Shown in pieces: positions 40,005-48,930 of a DNA stretch of 64,000 bases. Source of the DNA: a candidate division WOR-3 bacterium (GTDB lineage Bacteria > Hydrothermota > Tepidihabitantia > Tepidihabitantales > Tepidihabitantaceae); contig JBBISL010000003.1 of the NCBI GenBank assembly GCA_037441285.1, forward strand, positions 1-64,000, in the 5' to 3' direction. Under the pieces are notes generated by a model. The model was not told the DNA's origin. It saw nothing but the letters and a program-made list of their open reading frames with translations, and searched no databases. The first letter of the stretch is position 1, and every line of letters begins with the position of its first letter. Position numbers and translations under genes: made by a program.

Positions 40005-40358
40005 ATGATTCCATATATCGCCTGCGTCCTTTTGTTTCTCATCGGTCTCTATGTGGTGGTGTCAAAGCGGAACCTGATTAAAATTGTGATTGGGTTCTGC
40101 CTGATTGAGTATGCGGTCAACCTGTTCTTTGCCCTGGTTGGGTTTAAAAAGGGTGCCCTGCCGCCGATTATCACCGGTGCCGACCAGGTACGGCTCGGTG
40201 TTGCCCGCAACTTTGTTGACCCAATACCACAGGCGCTGGTGTTGACCGCAATCGTTATCGGACTGTCAACCACCGCATTGATGCTCTCGCTCGCGCTCCG
40301 TCTCTATGAGAAACACAAGACCTTTGATGTTTCGGAATTCAGAAAGTTGAAAGGATAA
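40005..40358 (+). CDS. MnhC/MbhG (NuoK-like) subunit
   Basis: RNLIKIVIG; VDPIPQALVLTAIVIG. Confidence 0.92.
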   Translation: MIPYIACVLLFLIGLYVVVSKRNLIKIVIGFCLIEYAVNLFFALVGFKKGALPPIITGADQVRLGVARNFVDPIPQALVLTAIVIGLSTTALMLSLALRLYEKHKTFDVSEFRKLKG

Positions 40359-40364
40359 GAGCCG

Positions 40365-41870
40365 ATGGAAGGCAAATTCCTACCACTGTTTATTGCGGTG
40401 CCTTTAGCCGGTGCCTTTCTCGTGCCCTTACTGTCCAAACTGTGGTCCCGTTTTGCTGACCTGATTGCCGGCATCGCCAGTGCTGCGCTTCTGGTGATTT
40501 CGGTTTACACCTGGCTGATTTTGAAAGCGGGTGGTGTGCCGCTGCACTACTGGGTTGGTGGCTGGAAGGTAATTGGCATCGCGATGTGGTTTGATGCCCT
40601 GACCGCACTCATTGTTCTGGTGATTAACATCGTGGCTTTCTGCGCAATGCTTTACTCAATCCGCTATCTGGACCGTTACACCACGGGCCGCTGGAAGTTT
40701 TACACCCTGTTTTTACTCCTCGTTGCCGGTTTGAATGGTCTGGCGATATCCGGTGACCTGTTCAATATGTTTGTCTTCATTGAGATTTCTGCCATTGCCA
40801 GTTATGCGCTGGTGGCATTTGGTACCGAAGAAGAAGAGGTTGAGGCGGCGTTCAAATATATGGTCCTGGGTGAAGTGGGTGGTGCGGTGCTCCTCTTTGG
40901 CATTGCGCTCCTCTACGCCCACGCTTCAACCCTGAATCTGGCAACCCTGTCTCAGACACTAATAACCAACGGTAAAACGCCCTTTTACTGGTTTACCATT
41001 GCCACCCTGTTAATCGGGTTTGCCATCAAGATGGGTATGGAACCGTTCCACGCCTGGCTGGCAGACGCCCACTTCTCAGCACCGGCACCCATCTCGGCGA
41101 TGCTTTCCGGTGTGTTCATCAAGGTCACCGGTGTTTATGGGATGTGCCGTTTAATGTTCAATGTGTTTGGTGTATCCCGGGCACAGACTCCGGCATTCTT
41201 CAACCTGTTGATTGCCTTTGGTGCGGTTTCAATGGTACTGGGCGGACTTTTAGCCTACTCCCAGAACGACTACAAACGGCTCCTTGCCTACTCCAGTATC
41301 AGCCAGATTGGTTATATCCTTGTCGCGCTCGGTATCGGCAACTACTGGGGTTTTGTTGGCGCGCTGTTTCACATCCTTGCCCACGCTTTGGGTAAGGGCA
41401 CCTTGTTCTTAGCCAGCGGTTCGGTTGAGATGCAGGCGGGCACCAGGGAACTTGACCATCTGAAAGGACTGGAGCGGTCAATGCCCTTCACATCCTGGGC
41501 GCACATTCTTGGCTCATTCTCAATGGCAGGGGTGCCGCCCTTTGCCGGATTCTTCTCCAAGTTGTTCATCATCATCGGTGCGATTGCCGCCCGAATGTAC
41601 TGGCTCGCATTCCTTGCGGCGCTCTTCTCCGCGGTCACTTTGAGTTATTTAACAAAGGTGGTCAACACCGCATTCTTTGCGAAAAAGAACGAAGCGCCCA
41701 CAAAGGCAAAAGAGTCACCGGCAACAATGGTTCTGGCGATGGTTCTCCTGGTCGCATTAATTCTTGTTGTCGGGATTGGTTTTCAGGGCGTTCTCGACCA
41801 TCTAATTGGTCCGGCGGCAAAGGTGCTATTGAACGGGCTGGACTATGCCCGATTGATGCTCGGAGGATAA
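40365..41870 (+). CDS. MnhD/MbhH antiporter-like subunit 3
   Basis: GDLFNMFVFIE, EAAFKY, PFHAWL.DAH.SAPAPISAMLSG, KRLLAYSSISQIGY. Confidence 0.92.
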   Translation: MEGKFLPLFIAVPLAGAFLVPLLSKLWSRFADLIAGIASAALLVISVYTWLILKAGGVPLHYWVGGWKVIGIAMWFDALTALIVLVINIVAFCAMLYSIRYLDRYTTGRWKFYTLFLLLVAGLNGLAISGDLFNMFVFIEISAIASYALVAFGTEEEEVEAAFKYMVLGEVGGAVLLFGIALLYAHASTLNLATLSQTLITNGKTPFYWFTIATLLIGFAIKMGMEPFHAWLADAHFSAPAPISAMLSGVFIKVTGVYGMCRLMFNVFGVSRAQTPAFFNLLIAFGAVSMVLGGLLAYSQNDYKRLLAYSSISQIGYILVALGIGNYWGFVGALFHILAHALGKGTLFLASGSVEMQAGTRELDHLKGLERSMPFTSWAHILGSFSMAGVPPFAGFFSKLFIIIGAIAARMYWLAFLAALFSAVTLSYLTKVVNTAFFAKKNEAPTKAKESPATMVLAMVLLVALILVVGIGFQGVLDHLIGPAAKVLLNGLDYARLMLGG

Positions 41871-41871
41871 G

Positions 41872-42360
41872 ATGGCAAAGCGCATTGCTTACTTCATTGC
41901 CGGCGTTATCATCTGGGTACTCTTAAGCTGGACCCTGCACTATCAGGAGGTACTTGCCGGGGTTGCGGTATCGGCGATTACCGCGGGTATGTTTGGTGGT
42001 TATCTACCCCTGAAGGCAGGAAAACTTTTGAATCCGGTGCGCTGGTTCTGGCTGCTTGTGTATATCCCGGTGTTTGGCTGGCAGTGTCTCAAGGCGAACA
42101 TTGATGTTGCGCTGCGCGTCCTTTCCCCTGGAATGAACTTAAAACCGGGAATTGTGAAGATTAAGACCAACTTGAAGAGCGATATCGCCCGGGTTTTTTT
42201 GGCGAACTCAATCACAATGACTCCGGGCACGCTTACGGTGGAAATCAAGGACGACTACCTCTACATTCACTGGATTGAAGTGCGCAGCGACGACCCGGAA
42301 GAGTGCGCCCGGATGATTAAAGGACCGTTTGAGTTTTTCCTCGCGCGGATATTTGATTAA
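41872..42360 (+). CDS. MnhE/MbhA subunit
   Basis: KANIDVA.RVL, PGIV, LANSITMTPGTLTV, LYIHWI. Confidence 0.93.
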   Translation: MAKRIAYFIAGVIIWVLLSWTLHYQEVLAGVAVSAITAGMFGGYLPLKAGKLLNPVRWFWLLVYIPVFGWQCLKANIDVALRVLSPGMNLKPGIVKIKTNLKSDIARVFLANSITMTPGTLTVEIKDDYLYIHWIEVRSDDPEECARMIKGPFEFFLARIFD

Positions 42361-42373
42361 GGAGGCTTGAGCG

Positions 42374-42625
42374 ATGATACCGATTATCGTTTTGATTCCG
42401 GCAGCGCTCTTCTGCCTGTATCGGGCGCTTCAGGGTCCATCAATTGCCGACCGGGCGATAGCGGTTGATATGATGGGCGTGGTGTTCTCGGCAATCACCG
42501 GTCTGGTTGCGCTTCAGTACCGCTTGAGTTACCTTCTGGACATCTCAATTGCGCTTGCGGTCATCTCATTTATTGGCACTCTGGCGCTGGCAAAGTACCT
42601 TGAAGGAAGGAGTCTTGATGATTAG
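42374..42625 (+). CDS. MnhF/MbhB subunit
   Basis: R...GPS.ADR.IA.D; FIGTLALAKYL. Confidence 0.92.
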   Translation: MIPIIVLIPAALFCLYRALQGPSIADRAIAVDMMGVVFSAITGLVALQYRLSYLLDISIALAVISFIGTLALAKYLEGRSLDD

Positions 42626-42971
42626 CGCACTGGCACTGATTTCGCTCTGGCTCGGAGTCATTTTCGTGCTTCTGGGTGCGCTCGGACTGGCACGGTTTCC
42701 GGACATCTACAACCGGATGCAGGCGGCGACCAAATGCGTCACCCTTGGGGTCTGCGGCATTATGCTCGGTGTATTTTTGAAAACCGGTTTCACGGCGCTC
42801 GGCATCAAGGCGCTCATCTGTGCCCTTTTCATCCTTGTCACGGTTCCGGTTTCCAGTCATGCACTGGCACGCGGCTCCTTAATCGCCGGAGTGAAACTGT
42901 GGAAGGGTACGGTCAAGGACAAGTTTACTGAAGACCGTGGTGGCAAATCAATCATTGAGGAAGAAAAATGA
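42618..42971 (+). CDS. MnhG/MbhC subunit
   Basis: GL.RFPDIYNRMQAATK..TLG; PVSSHALARG; ATG 42618 follows AGGAG. Confidence 0.92.
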   Translation: MISALALISLWLGVIFVLLGALGLARFPDIYNRMQAATKCVTLGVCGIMLGVFLKTGFTALGIKALICALFILVTVPVSSHALARGSLIAGVKLWKGTVKDKFTEDRGGKSIIEEEK

Positions 42972-43579
42972 GGATTCCATTACCAAAACTGCGGGAACTA
43001 ATTGAAGCGGTGCGGGCGGTGGTTAAAGGTCCGTTTACCACCCAGTTTCCGAAAAAGGTTGATTCGGTTCATCCCAACTTCCGGGGAATTTTGAAGTTCC
43101 GGGAAGAGAACTGCCTCTGCTGTGGCGCCTGTGTCCAGGTTTGTCCAACCGATGCCCGCGAGATTGTCATTGACCTTCAGAAGGGTGTCAAGCGTAACAT
43201 CCACTATGCGGACCATTGTATCTACTGTGCCCAGTGTGTCCTGCACTGCCCGAACGATGCGATTTACCACACCCCGGAGTTTGACCTTTCCCGGACCGAA
43301 CGGGGCGGTTGGGAAACATCGGTGGAGAAGGAACTGGTTTACTGCGAAATCTGCGGCGCACCATTTGCCACCCGCGCCCACCTGTTATGGATTGCCCATC
43401 GGGTTGGTGATTTGGTCAACTCCAACCCGACCCTGTTTTTGACCCTTTATCAGTCGCTCGGTATTGCCGCGCCCCAGGAAGCGCCTGCCGGCGCGGTTCC
43501 TTACCGTTCTGGCACATTAAGGGTTCTCTGCCCGGACTGTCGGCGCAAGACCTATATGTCCGAAGAGTGGGGTTATTAA
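42968..43579 (+). CDS. NuoI/MbhN/HycF-like 2x[4Fe-4S] subunit
   Basis: T..FP......FRG; CLCCGACVQVCP, CIYCAQCVLHCP; HycF-like C-terminal CEIC...CPDC. Confidence 0.9.
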   Translation: MRIPLPKLRELIEAVRAVVKGPFTTQFPKKVDSVHPNFRGILKFREENCLCCGACVQVCPTDAREIVIDLQKGVKRNIHYADHCIYCAQCVLHCPNDAIYHTPEFDLSRTERGGWETSVEKELVYCEICGAPFATRAHLLWIAHRVGDLVNSNPTLFLTLYQSLGIAAPQEAPAGAVPYRSGTLRVLCPDCRRKTYMSEEWGY

Positions 43580-44039
43580 CAACCCTGACTCAAACACTCT
43601 TATCCGAAACACTCCTTAACCGCATAAACCGGAAGAAGTTACTGAACTGTGCCTGTGCTATTGGGTTTAAGTGAATTCAGACCGGGCTTGGCACCGCACT
43701 AAAGAACATAACATACAAGACCCATCTGTAAGTAAATCTGTGATGGGCAAAAGAATTGGGTGATGACATTGAACTGACCTCTTTTCAGGGTGGGGTATTG
43801 CACAGGGTTTTCGGTGTAAGTTAAATAATTATCAATAAGATAACACCGAAGGGCTCTATTCTGGCTTCTGCTCTATCACACTTCTGCGCTATAGTCCTAT
43901 GCGCCAGAAAGGGCGAGTCAGGGGTAATCCCCGGAACTGTACCCGGACTACCGGGTGTGCCTTTTTTGTAACTCTTTGCCGCTTTTTCGTATATAATATA
44001 ACAATCCGCAAAACCGGGCGTTAATCTGGTCTGTTTTTG

Positions 44040-44067
44040 TTGACAGAAGGTTCTTTTTGTGTAACAT
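44040..44067 (+). promoter_or_regulatory. Promoter of CARDB protein gene
   Basis: TTGACA-16nt-TAACAT. Confidence 0.6.
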
Positions 44068-44085
44068 TCAATATCTGGTAAGGTT

Positions 44086-45819
44086 ATGAGTTTGAGAGTT
44101 TTTCGCCTTTTGCTCTCGGTTTGCGTTATCTTCAACCCTGTTTTTTCCGGTACCAGCAGGACTAAAAACCCGCGCGACAGACTAACAAAGAGAGTTCCAG
44201 AATCTTTCAATTTTCCAAAACACAAACAAGAAAAAGACAGGCTTATGGACTATATTGGTGTTGCAAAAACATCGCTTGGACAAAATGCAGATGGAGCGAG
44301 ATATGGCATAAGAGCAACAAAAATTCCACCAGACACAACAATACACAAATCACCAGATACTGGCGGTCTTTATTCTGTTGCTGATTCTGAATTAGGGCCA
44401 TTTAATGTTGGGGACACAATCATAGTTCATTTGTACAAGCGGATCAACCCGCAAGATAGTTCAAATATAGTTCATGTTGTTACACCAGAAGACACATTAT
44501 GGTATTGGCAATATCTTCCAGAGGTTTGTTGTGACAGTTCTCTTGTTCCCAACAGAGCACACACAATATGTATAAGAAACGTTTTTTCTCCTATTAATAC
44601 AAGAAAGTTTGTAGAATACTATTTAAAAAAAGACCCCTCTCATAGAGACACTGTTTTTGGTCCGCAATATAATTCAGCTGACACCTTTTTCTTCAATTTA
44701 GAGCATCTTCCTCAGCCCGCAAATGATGGTGATACTGTTAATATGCACATTGGCCTTTTTGAGATACTAGGTAGTGATACTATAGTTAATGATACCATTT
44801 ACTTAGACACTTTTGACATTGTTAAAAAATGGGTTGGCAGATTTCCAAATGATGCTCAGAGAATGGACACCTGCACCCTGCGGGTTCATATCGTGCACGA
44901 TGTGGGTGTAGCGCGGATTGTGGCGCCGGTTGGTGTTATTGACTCGGGTATGGTTGTTACCCCCGAGGTCTGGATAAAGAACTACGGCAGCCGTAGCGGG
45001 ACCTTTGCTGCCCGGTTCAGGGTTGGCACGGTGTATGACCGCCGGGTTTCAGGTATCAACCTTGCACCTGGTGAGACCATCCTGATTAGTTTTCCCGAAT
45101 GGCACGCAGACTGCCGGGGCATAGTTGCGGTCCGGTGCTCAACTGAACTGGACGGTGATGCCAATCCGGCTAATGACTGCAAAGTGGACACGGTGTTTGT
45201 GCGGTTGCAGGATGTGGCGGCAGAGCGGATTCTTGCCCCGCGCGGTGTGGTGCGGCTGGACAGCACCATCATTCCAGCAGCGGTGGTCCAAAATCCGGGC
45301 ACAGAGCCGGTCCAGTTCTGGGCGATAATGCGCATCGGTTCTGACTACATTCAGGGTGTGCCGGATTCGCTGGCGCCGGGTGGGGTTGATACGGTATGGT
45401 TTGGCACCTGGCGTGCGAGCCAGATTGGGGTTTATCCGGTGCGCTGCACGGTGGCGCTGGTCGGTGATATGAACCCGTTTAACGACATCACTTTTGACAG
45501 TGTGGTTGTCACTGCTGCTGGTGTCACAGATGCGGGCAACCAGCCGGAGTACTTCCAGACCATTGGTGCCAGCATTACTGCTGGCGGTTTTGGGTTCCGG
45601 TATCGGCTGGACCAGGATGCGGTGGTAAAGGTTGCCATCTATTCGGCAACCGGCAAACTAATCCGCACTGTTGAGTCCAGCCACCGGGGTCCGGGCGTTT
45701 ATCAGGTGCGATGGGATGGCAGGGACAACAGGGGCAAAATCCTGCCCGGTGGTGTTTACTACTGCCGGTTTGCGGCCGGGCGGTTTGCAACCACCTGCAA
45801 ACTCATCTGGCAGGATTAA
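44086..45819 (+). CDS. Secreted protein: unknown N-terminal domain, two CARDB-like Ig repeats, FlgD-Ig/T9SS-type C-terminal sorting domain
   Basis: Signal peptide; repeats DV...RI.AP.G.....P...N.G...D.NP.ND; C-terminal IYSATGKLIRT...WDGRD..G..LPGGVYY. Confidence 0.8.
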   Translation: MSLRVFRLLLSVCVIFNPVFSGTSRTKNPRDRLTKRVPESFNFPKHKQEKDRLMDYIGVAKTSLGQNADGARYGIRATKIPPDTTIHKSPDTGGLYSVADSELGPFNVGDTIIVHLYKRINPQDSSNIVHVVTPEDTLWYWQYLPEVCCDSSLVPNRAHTICIRNVFSPINTRKFVEYYLKKDPSHRDTVFGPQYNSADTFFFNLEHLPQPANDGDTVNMHIGLFEILGSDTIVNDTIYLDTFDIVKKWVGRFPNDAQRMDTCTLRVHIVHDVGVARIVAPVGVIDSGMVVTPEVWIKNYGSRSGTFAARFRVGTVYDRRVSGINLAPGETILISFPEWHADCRGIVAVRCSTELDGDANPANDCKVDTVFVRLQDVAAERILAPRGVVRLDSTIIPAAVVQNPGTEPVQFWAIMRIGSDYIQGVPDSLAPGGVDTVWFGTWRASQIGVYPVRCTVALVGDMNPFNDITFDSVVVTAAGVTDAGNQPEYFQTIGASITAGGFGFRYRLDQDAVVKVAIYSATGKLIRTVESSHRGPGVYQVRWDGRDNRGKILPGGVYYCRFAAGRFATTCKLIWQD

Positions 45820-45937
45820 ACTGCGGTTTGGTCCGGGGAAAATGACGGGGACGGATTGTCGGCGCCGATAACGCGGTCCTAACACATTTCTCCACTGAAT
45901 CGCTTGACATTTTTTCCGTTTTGGTAATACTTGGGAT

Positions 45938-46282
45938 GTGACGATTGGTGAGTTTCAGAAGTTAATCGGTGAGATTTATCTGGTTAAGGACCGCCAGCGC
46001 GGGGTTGAGGGCACTTTTCGCTGGTTTGTGGAAGAGGTGGGCGAACTGGCGCGGGCGCTGCGACACAATCGAACCGAAGAGAAGGAAGAGGAGTTTGCCG
46101 ATGTTTTTGCCTGGCTGGTGAGTCTGGCGAGTATTGCCGGAGTGGAACTGGAGCAGGCGTGCCGTAAGTATCGCAATGGCTGCCCGAAGTGCCATTCAAT
46201 ACCGTGTCAGTGCAGGGAAGAAAGCGGTTTTCACACCGGCAGGAAGCCGGATTGTGAGGACCGGAGCGGAAGATTGGGGTAA
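45938..46282 (+). CDS. MazG-like nucleotide pyrophosphohydrolase
   Basis: EEVGEL...EEEFADV; C-terminal CPKC..PCQC; TTGACA-16-AATACT-6-GTG upstream. Confidence 0.87.
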   Translation: MTIGEFQKLIGEIYLVKDRQRGVEGTFRWFVEEVGELARALRHNRTEEKEEEFADVFAWLVSLASIAGVELEQACRKYRNGCPKCHSIPCQCREESGFHTGRKPDCEDRSGRLG

Positions 46283-46291
46283 AGGAGCGTT

Positions 46292-47446
46292 ATGGGTAAC
46301 ACACTTTTACTGTTTGCGTGGCTTTTAAGCGCGGTTTCACCACCGACGCTTTTTGTTCAGGATACGCCCAATGATGCGGGAAAGAGTATCACCATTCGCT
46401 GGCAACTGGCGCCAGAGCAAAGTCCGGATTTGGTTGTTCTGGAGCGGAGTTGCGAGCGGGAGTCAACGCAGATTGTCGCGACGCTCGGTGCCGGTGATAA
46501 TGGGTACATTGATGAGAATGTTTGTGATGGGGTGCGCTACGCTTATCGCCTGGGTGCGGTGTTTGGCACGGATACGGTGTGGAGTGAAAGTTCCGGATGG
46601 GTGGTGAGTAAGCCGCAGTGGTTTAACTGGGGAAGGGTGAACATCCTGATTGCGATGATTCTGTTTTTTGCCCTGGTGATTTATTTTATTGAGCATGCGA
46701 AGGCAGGTCGGCATCTGTTTGTGAGGCGCATCGCGGGTTTGGATGCGGTGGAAGAGGCGGTAGGAAGAGCGACCGAGATGGGAAAGCCGATTGTTTATGT
46801 GCCCGGGTTGGGTTCGGTGGCGGATATCGCAACGATTGCTTCGCTCAATATCCTGGGTGAAGTGGCAAAGAAGACCGCCCAGTACGACTCGGCACTACTC
46901 GTGCCGAACCGCGACCCGATTGTTTATACGGTGGCACGGGAGGTGGTGAAGGAGGCTTACACCCGGGCAGGCAGGCCCGATGCGTTTAAACCGGATAACA
47001 TCTTTTATGTGACTTCGGAGCAGTTTGCCTATGCGGCGGCGGTGGACGGTTTAATGGTGCGGGAGAAGCCGGCAACGAACTTTTTCCTTGGTACATTCTG
47101 GGCAGAGTCGCTAATTCTCGCGGAGACGGGCGCAACGACCGGTGCGATTCAGATTGCCGGGACCGATTCGGTGTTCCAGTTGCCGTTTTTTATCACCGCC
47201 TGCGACTACACCTTGATTGGCGAAGAGCTTTATGCGGCAAGCGCCTATCTTTCGCGCGAGCCTTTGCTGCTCGGTTCTCTCAAAGGGCAGGATATGGGGA
47301 AGTTGGTGATTCTCTTGGTGATTGTTCTGGGTTCGGCGTTGGTTTTGCTTTCGGCGTTACCCGGGCTGAAATTTTTCCAGGCGGTGAGCAACTTCTTTAA
47401 TGTGAGCGGTATCAACCTGATTGGTACCGGTCTTCCCCTCGGGTAA
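46292..47446 (+). CDS. FN3-like + DUF6754-like membrane-anchored protein
   Basis: Signal peptide, DTPNDAG.SI...W...Y.YR (FN3-like), TM, RRIAGLDAVEEAVGRATEMGKP, LIGEELYAASAYLS, C-terminal TM. Confidence 0.75.
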   Translation: MGNTLLLFAWLLSAVSPPTLFVQDTPNDAGKSITIRWQLAPEQSPDLVVLERSCERESTQIVATLGAGDNGYIDENVCDGVRYAYRLGAVFGTDTVWSESSGWVVSKPQWFNWGRVNILIAMILFFALVIYFIEHAKAGRHLFVRRIAGLDAVEEAVGRATEMGKPIVYVPGLGSVADIATIASLNILGEVAKKTAQYDSALLVPNRDPIVYTVAREVVKEAYTRAGRPDAFKPDNIFYVTSEQFAYAAAVDGLMVREKPATNFFLGTFWAESLILAETGATTGAIQIAGTDSVFQLPFFITACDYTLIGEELYAASAYLSREPLLLGSLKGQDMGKLVILLVIVLGSALVLLSALPGLKFFQAVSNFFNVSGINLIGTGLPLG

Positions 47447-47460
47447 GAAAGGAGGATGTT

Positions 47461-48087
47461 GTGCGCAGGAGTATACCGCTGGCGATTTGTTTGATAATGG
47501 GGATTGTGATGATGGTTCAGTTTTTTGTGCCCCATCCGATTTCGGTCGGCTTTTACGACCTGACAACAAAGTGGATTCGGATTGTTTCGGCTTTTGCCTT
47601 GGTTCTGGGGGTGGGAAGTTTGGCTCTCTACCATCTTGACCGGTTGCAGCGCCGGCGTGCCGGCTGGGTGTATTCAATCGTCACGCTGGTGGCGCTGGTG
47701 GTTACCGCGGTTATCGGTTTGGTCTGGGGTGTGAAGCCCGGTTCGCCATTGCAGGAGGTGATTTTTAAGAATATGCTGGTGCCGCTGAATGCGTCAATGT
47801 TTGCGATTCTGGCGTTTTATATGGCGTCAGCGGCATATCGCGCGTTCCGGGCGCGAACCAAGGAAGCGGCGTTGCTTTTGATTGCGGCGTTTATTGTGAT
47901 GCTCGGAATGGTGCCGGTGGGTGCGGCAATCTGGGGTAAACTGCCGGAAGTGGCGGAGTGGATTCTTTCGGTGCCGAATATGGCGGCAAAGCGGGCGATT
48001 GTGTTCGGGGTGGCGCTGGGCGCGATTGCAACTTCACTCAAGGTGATTTTAGGGATTGAACGCGGCTGGCTGGGAGGAGGTAAGTGA
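47461..48087 (+). CDS. Uncharacterised multi-pass membrane protein
   Basis: About 6 hydrophobic segments; FYMASAAYRAFRAR; GTG start after AGGAGG. Confidence 0.8.
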   Translation: MRRSIPLAICLIMGIVMMVQFFVPHPISVGFYDLTTKWIRIVSAFALVLGVGSLALYHLDRLQRRRAGWVYSIVTLVALVVTAVIGLVWGVKPGSPLQEVIFKNMLVPLNASMFAILAFYMASAAYRAFRARTKEAALLLIAAFIVMLGMVPVGAAIWGKLPEVAEWILSVPNMAAKRAIVFGVALGAIATSLKVILGIERGWLGGGK

Positions 48088-48929
48088 TGAATATCTGGGA
48101 ACGGCTTTTAAAGATTGACCGGAAGATTATCTTTGTGGTGATGGCGGTGCTGGTGCTTTTCCCGCTCTTGAAGCCGTTAGGTCTGGGAGTTAGTTCTGGA
48201 CCGCGGGCAAAGGCGGTTTTTGATGCGGTGGATGCGATTCCGCCGGGAAAGACGCTCTTGATTTCGGTGGACTTTGACCCGGCGTCAATGCCCGAACTTT
48301 ACCCGATGCTGGTGGCGTTGATGCGCCATGCGTTTGCCCGTGATGTGAAGGTGCTTTTGTGCGGGTTGTGGATTACCGGTGCCGGACTGGCAGACAAGGC
48401 GGTAACCGAAATTCCACCGGAGTATGGTAAGGAGTATGGTAAGGATGTGGTGTATCTGGGCTGGAAAGCAGGGGTTGATGCGGTGATTTTAGGGATGGGT
48501 GAGAACATCAAAAATGTGTTTCCGGTGGACTACTATGGCCATCCGCTTGACTCTTTGCCAATGATGCAGGAGGTGGTGCGGTTGCGGGACATACCGTTTA
48601 TGGTCGCGATATCAGCCGGTACACCAGGGTTTGGTGACTGGTTGCTTTACGGGCAGTCGCGCTATGGGTTGCGGGTTGGTGCCGGTGTTACTGCGGTTTC
48701 CGCGGCCGATGCCTATCCTTATCTGCAAACCGGTCAGTTGACCGGACTTTTAGCCGGGATGAAGGGTGCTGCCGAATATGAAGTGTTGCTTACCAGGAAG
48801 GGGTATAGTAAGGCTTATATGCCGGCGGTTGCTGCGATGGATTCCCAATCACTTGCCCATCTGGTGATTTTAATCCTGGTTGTACTTGGCAATGTGGCGT
48901 TTTTTGCCACGAGAATGAAAAGGAGGTAA
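48084..48929 (+). CDS. Uncharacterised membrane-anchored protein, apparent paralog of the DUF6754-like domain
   Basis: N- and C-terminal TM around an alpha/beta domain; YGKDVVYLGW, GLLAGMKGAAEYE; SD GGAGG. Confidence 0.8.
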   Translation: MMNIWERLLKIDRKIIFVVMAVLVLFPLLKPLGLGVSSGPRAKAVFDAVDAIPPGKTLLISVDFDPASMPELYPMLVALMRHAFARDVKVLLCGLWITGAGLADKAVTEIPPEYGKEYGKDVVYLGWKAGVDAVILGMGENIKNVFPVDYYGHPLDSLPMMQEVVRLRDIPFMVAISAGTPGFGDWLLYGQSRYGLRVGAGVTAVSAADAYPYLQTGQLTGLLAGMKGAAEYEVLLTRKGYSKAYMPAVAAMDSQSLAHLVILILVVLGNVAFFATRMKRR

Positions 48930-48930
48930 G

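Noticed and set aside
43821..44225. 134-aa minus-strand ORF
   Set aside because: It overlaps the promoter and start of the 44086 gene and has no recognisable features
45856..45871. Near-palindrome TTGTCGGCGCCGATAA upstream of mazG
   Set aside because: Single occurrence with no regulator or U-tract to tie it to
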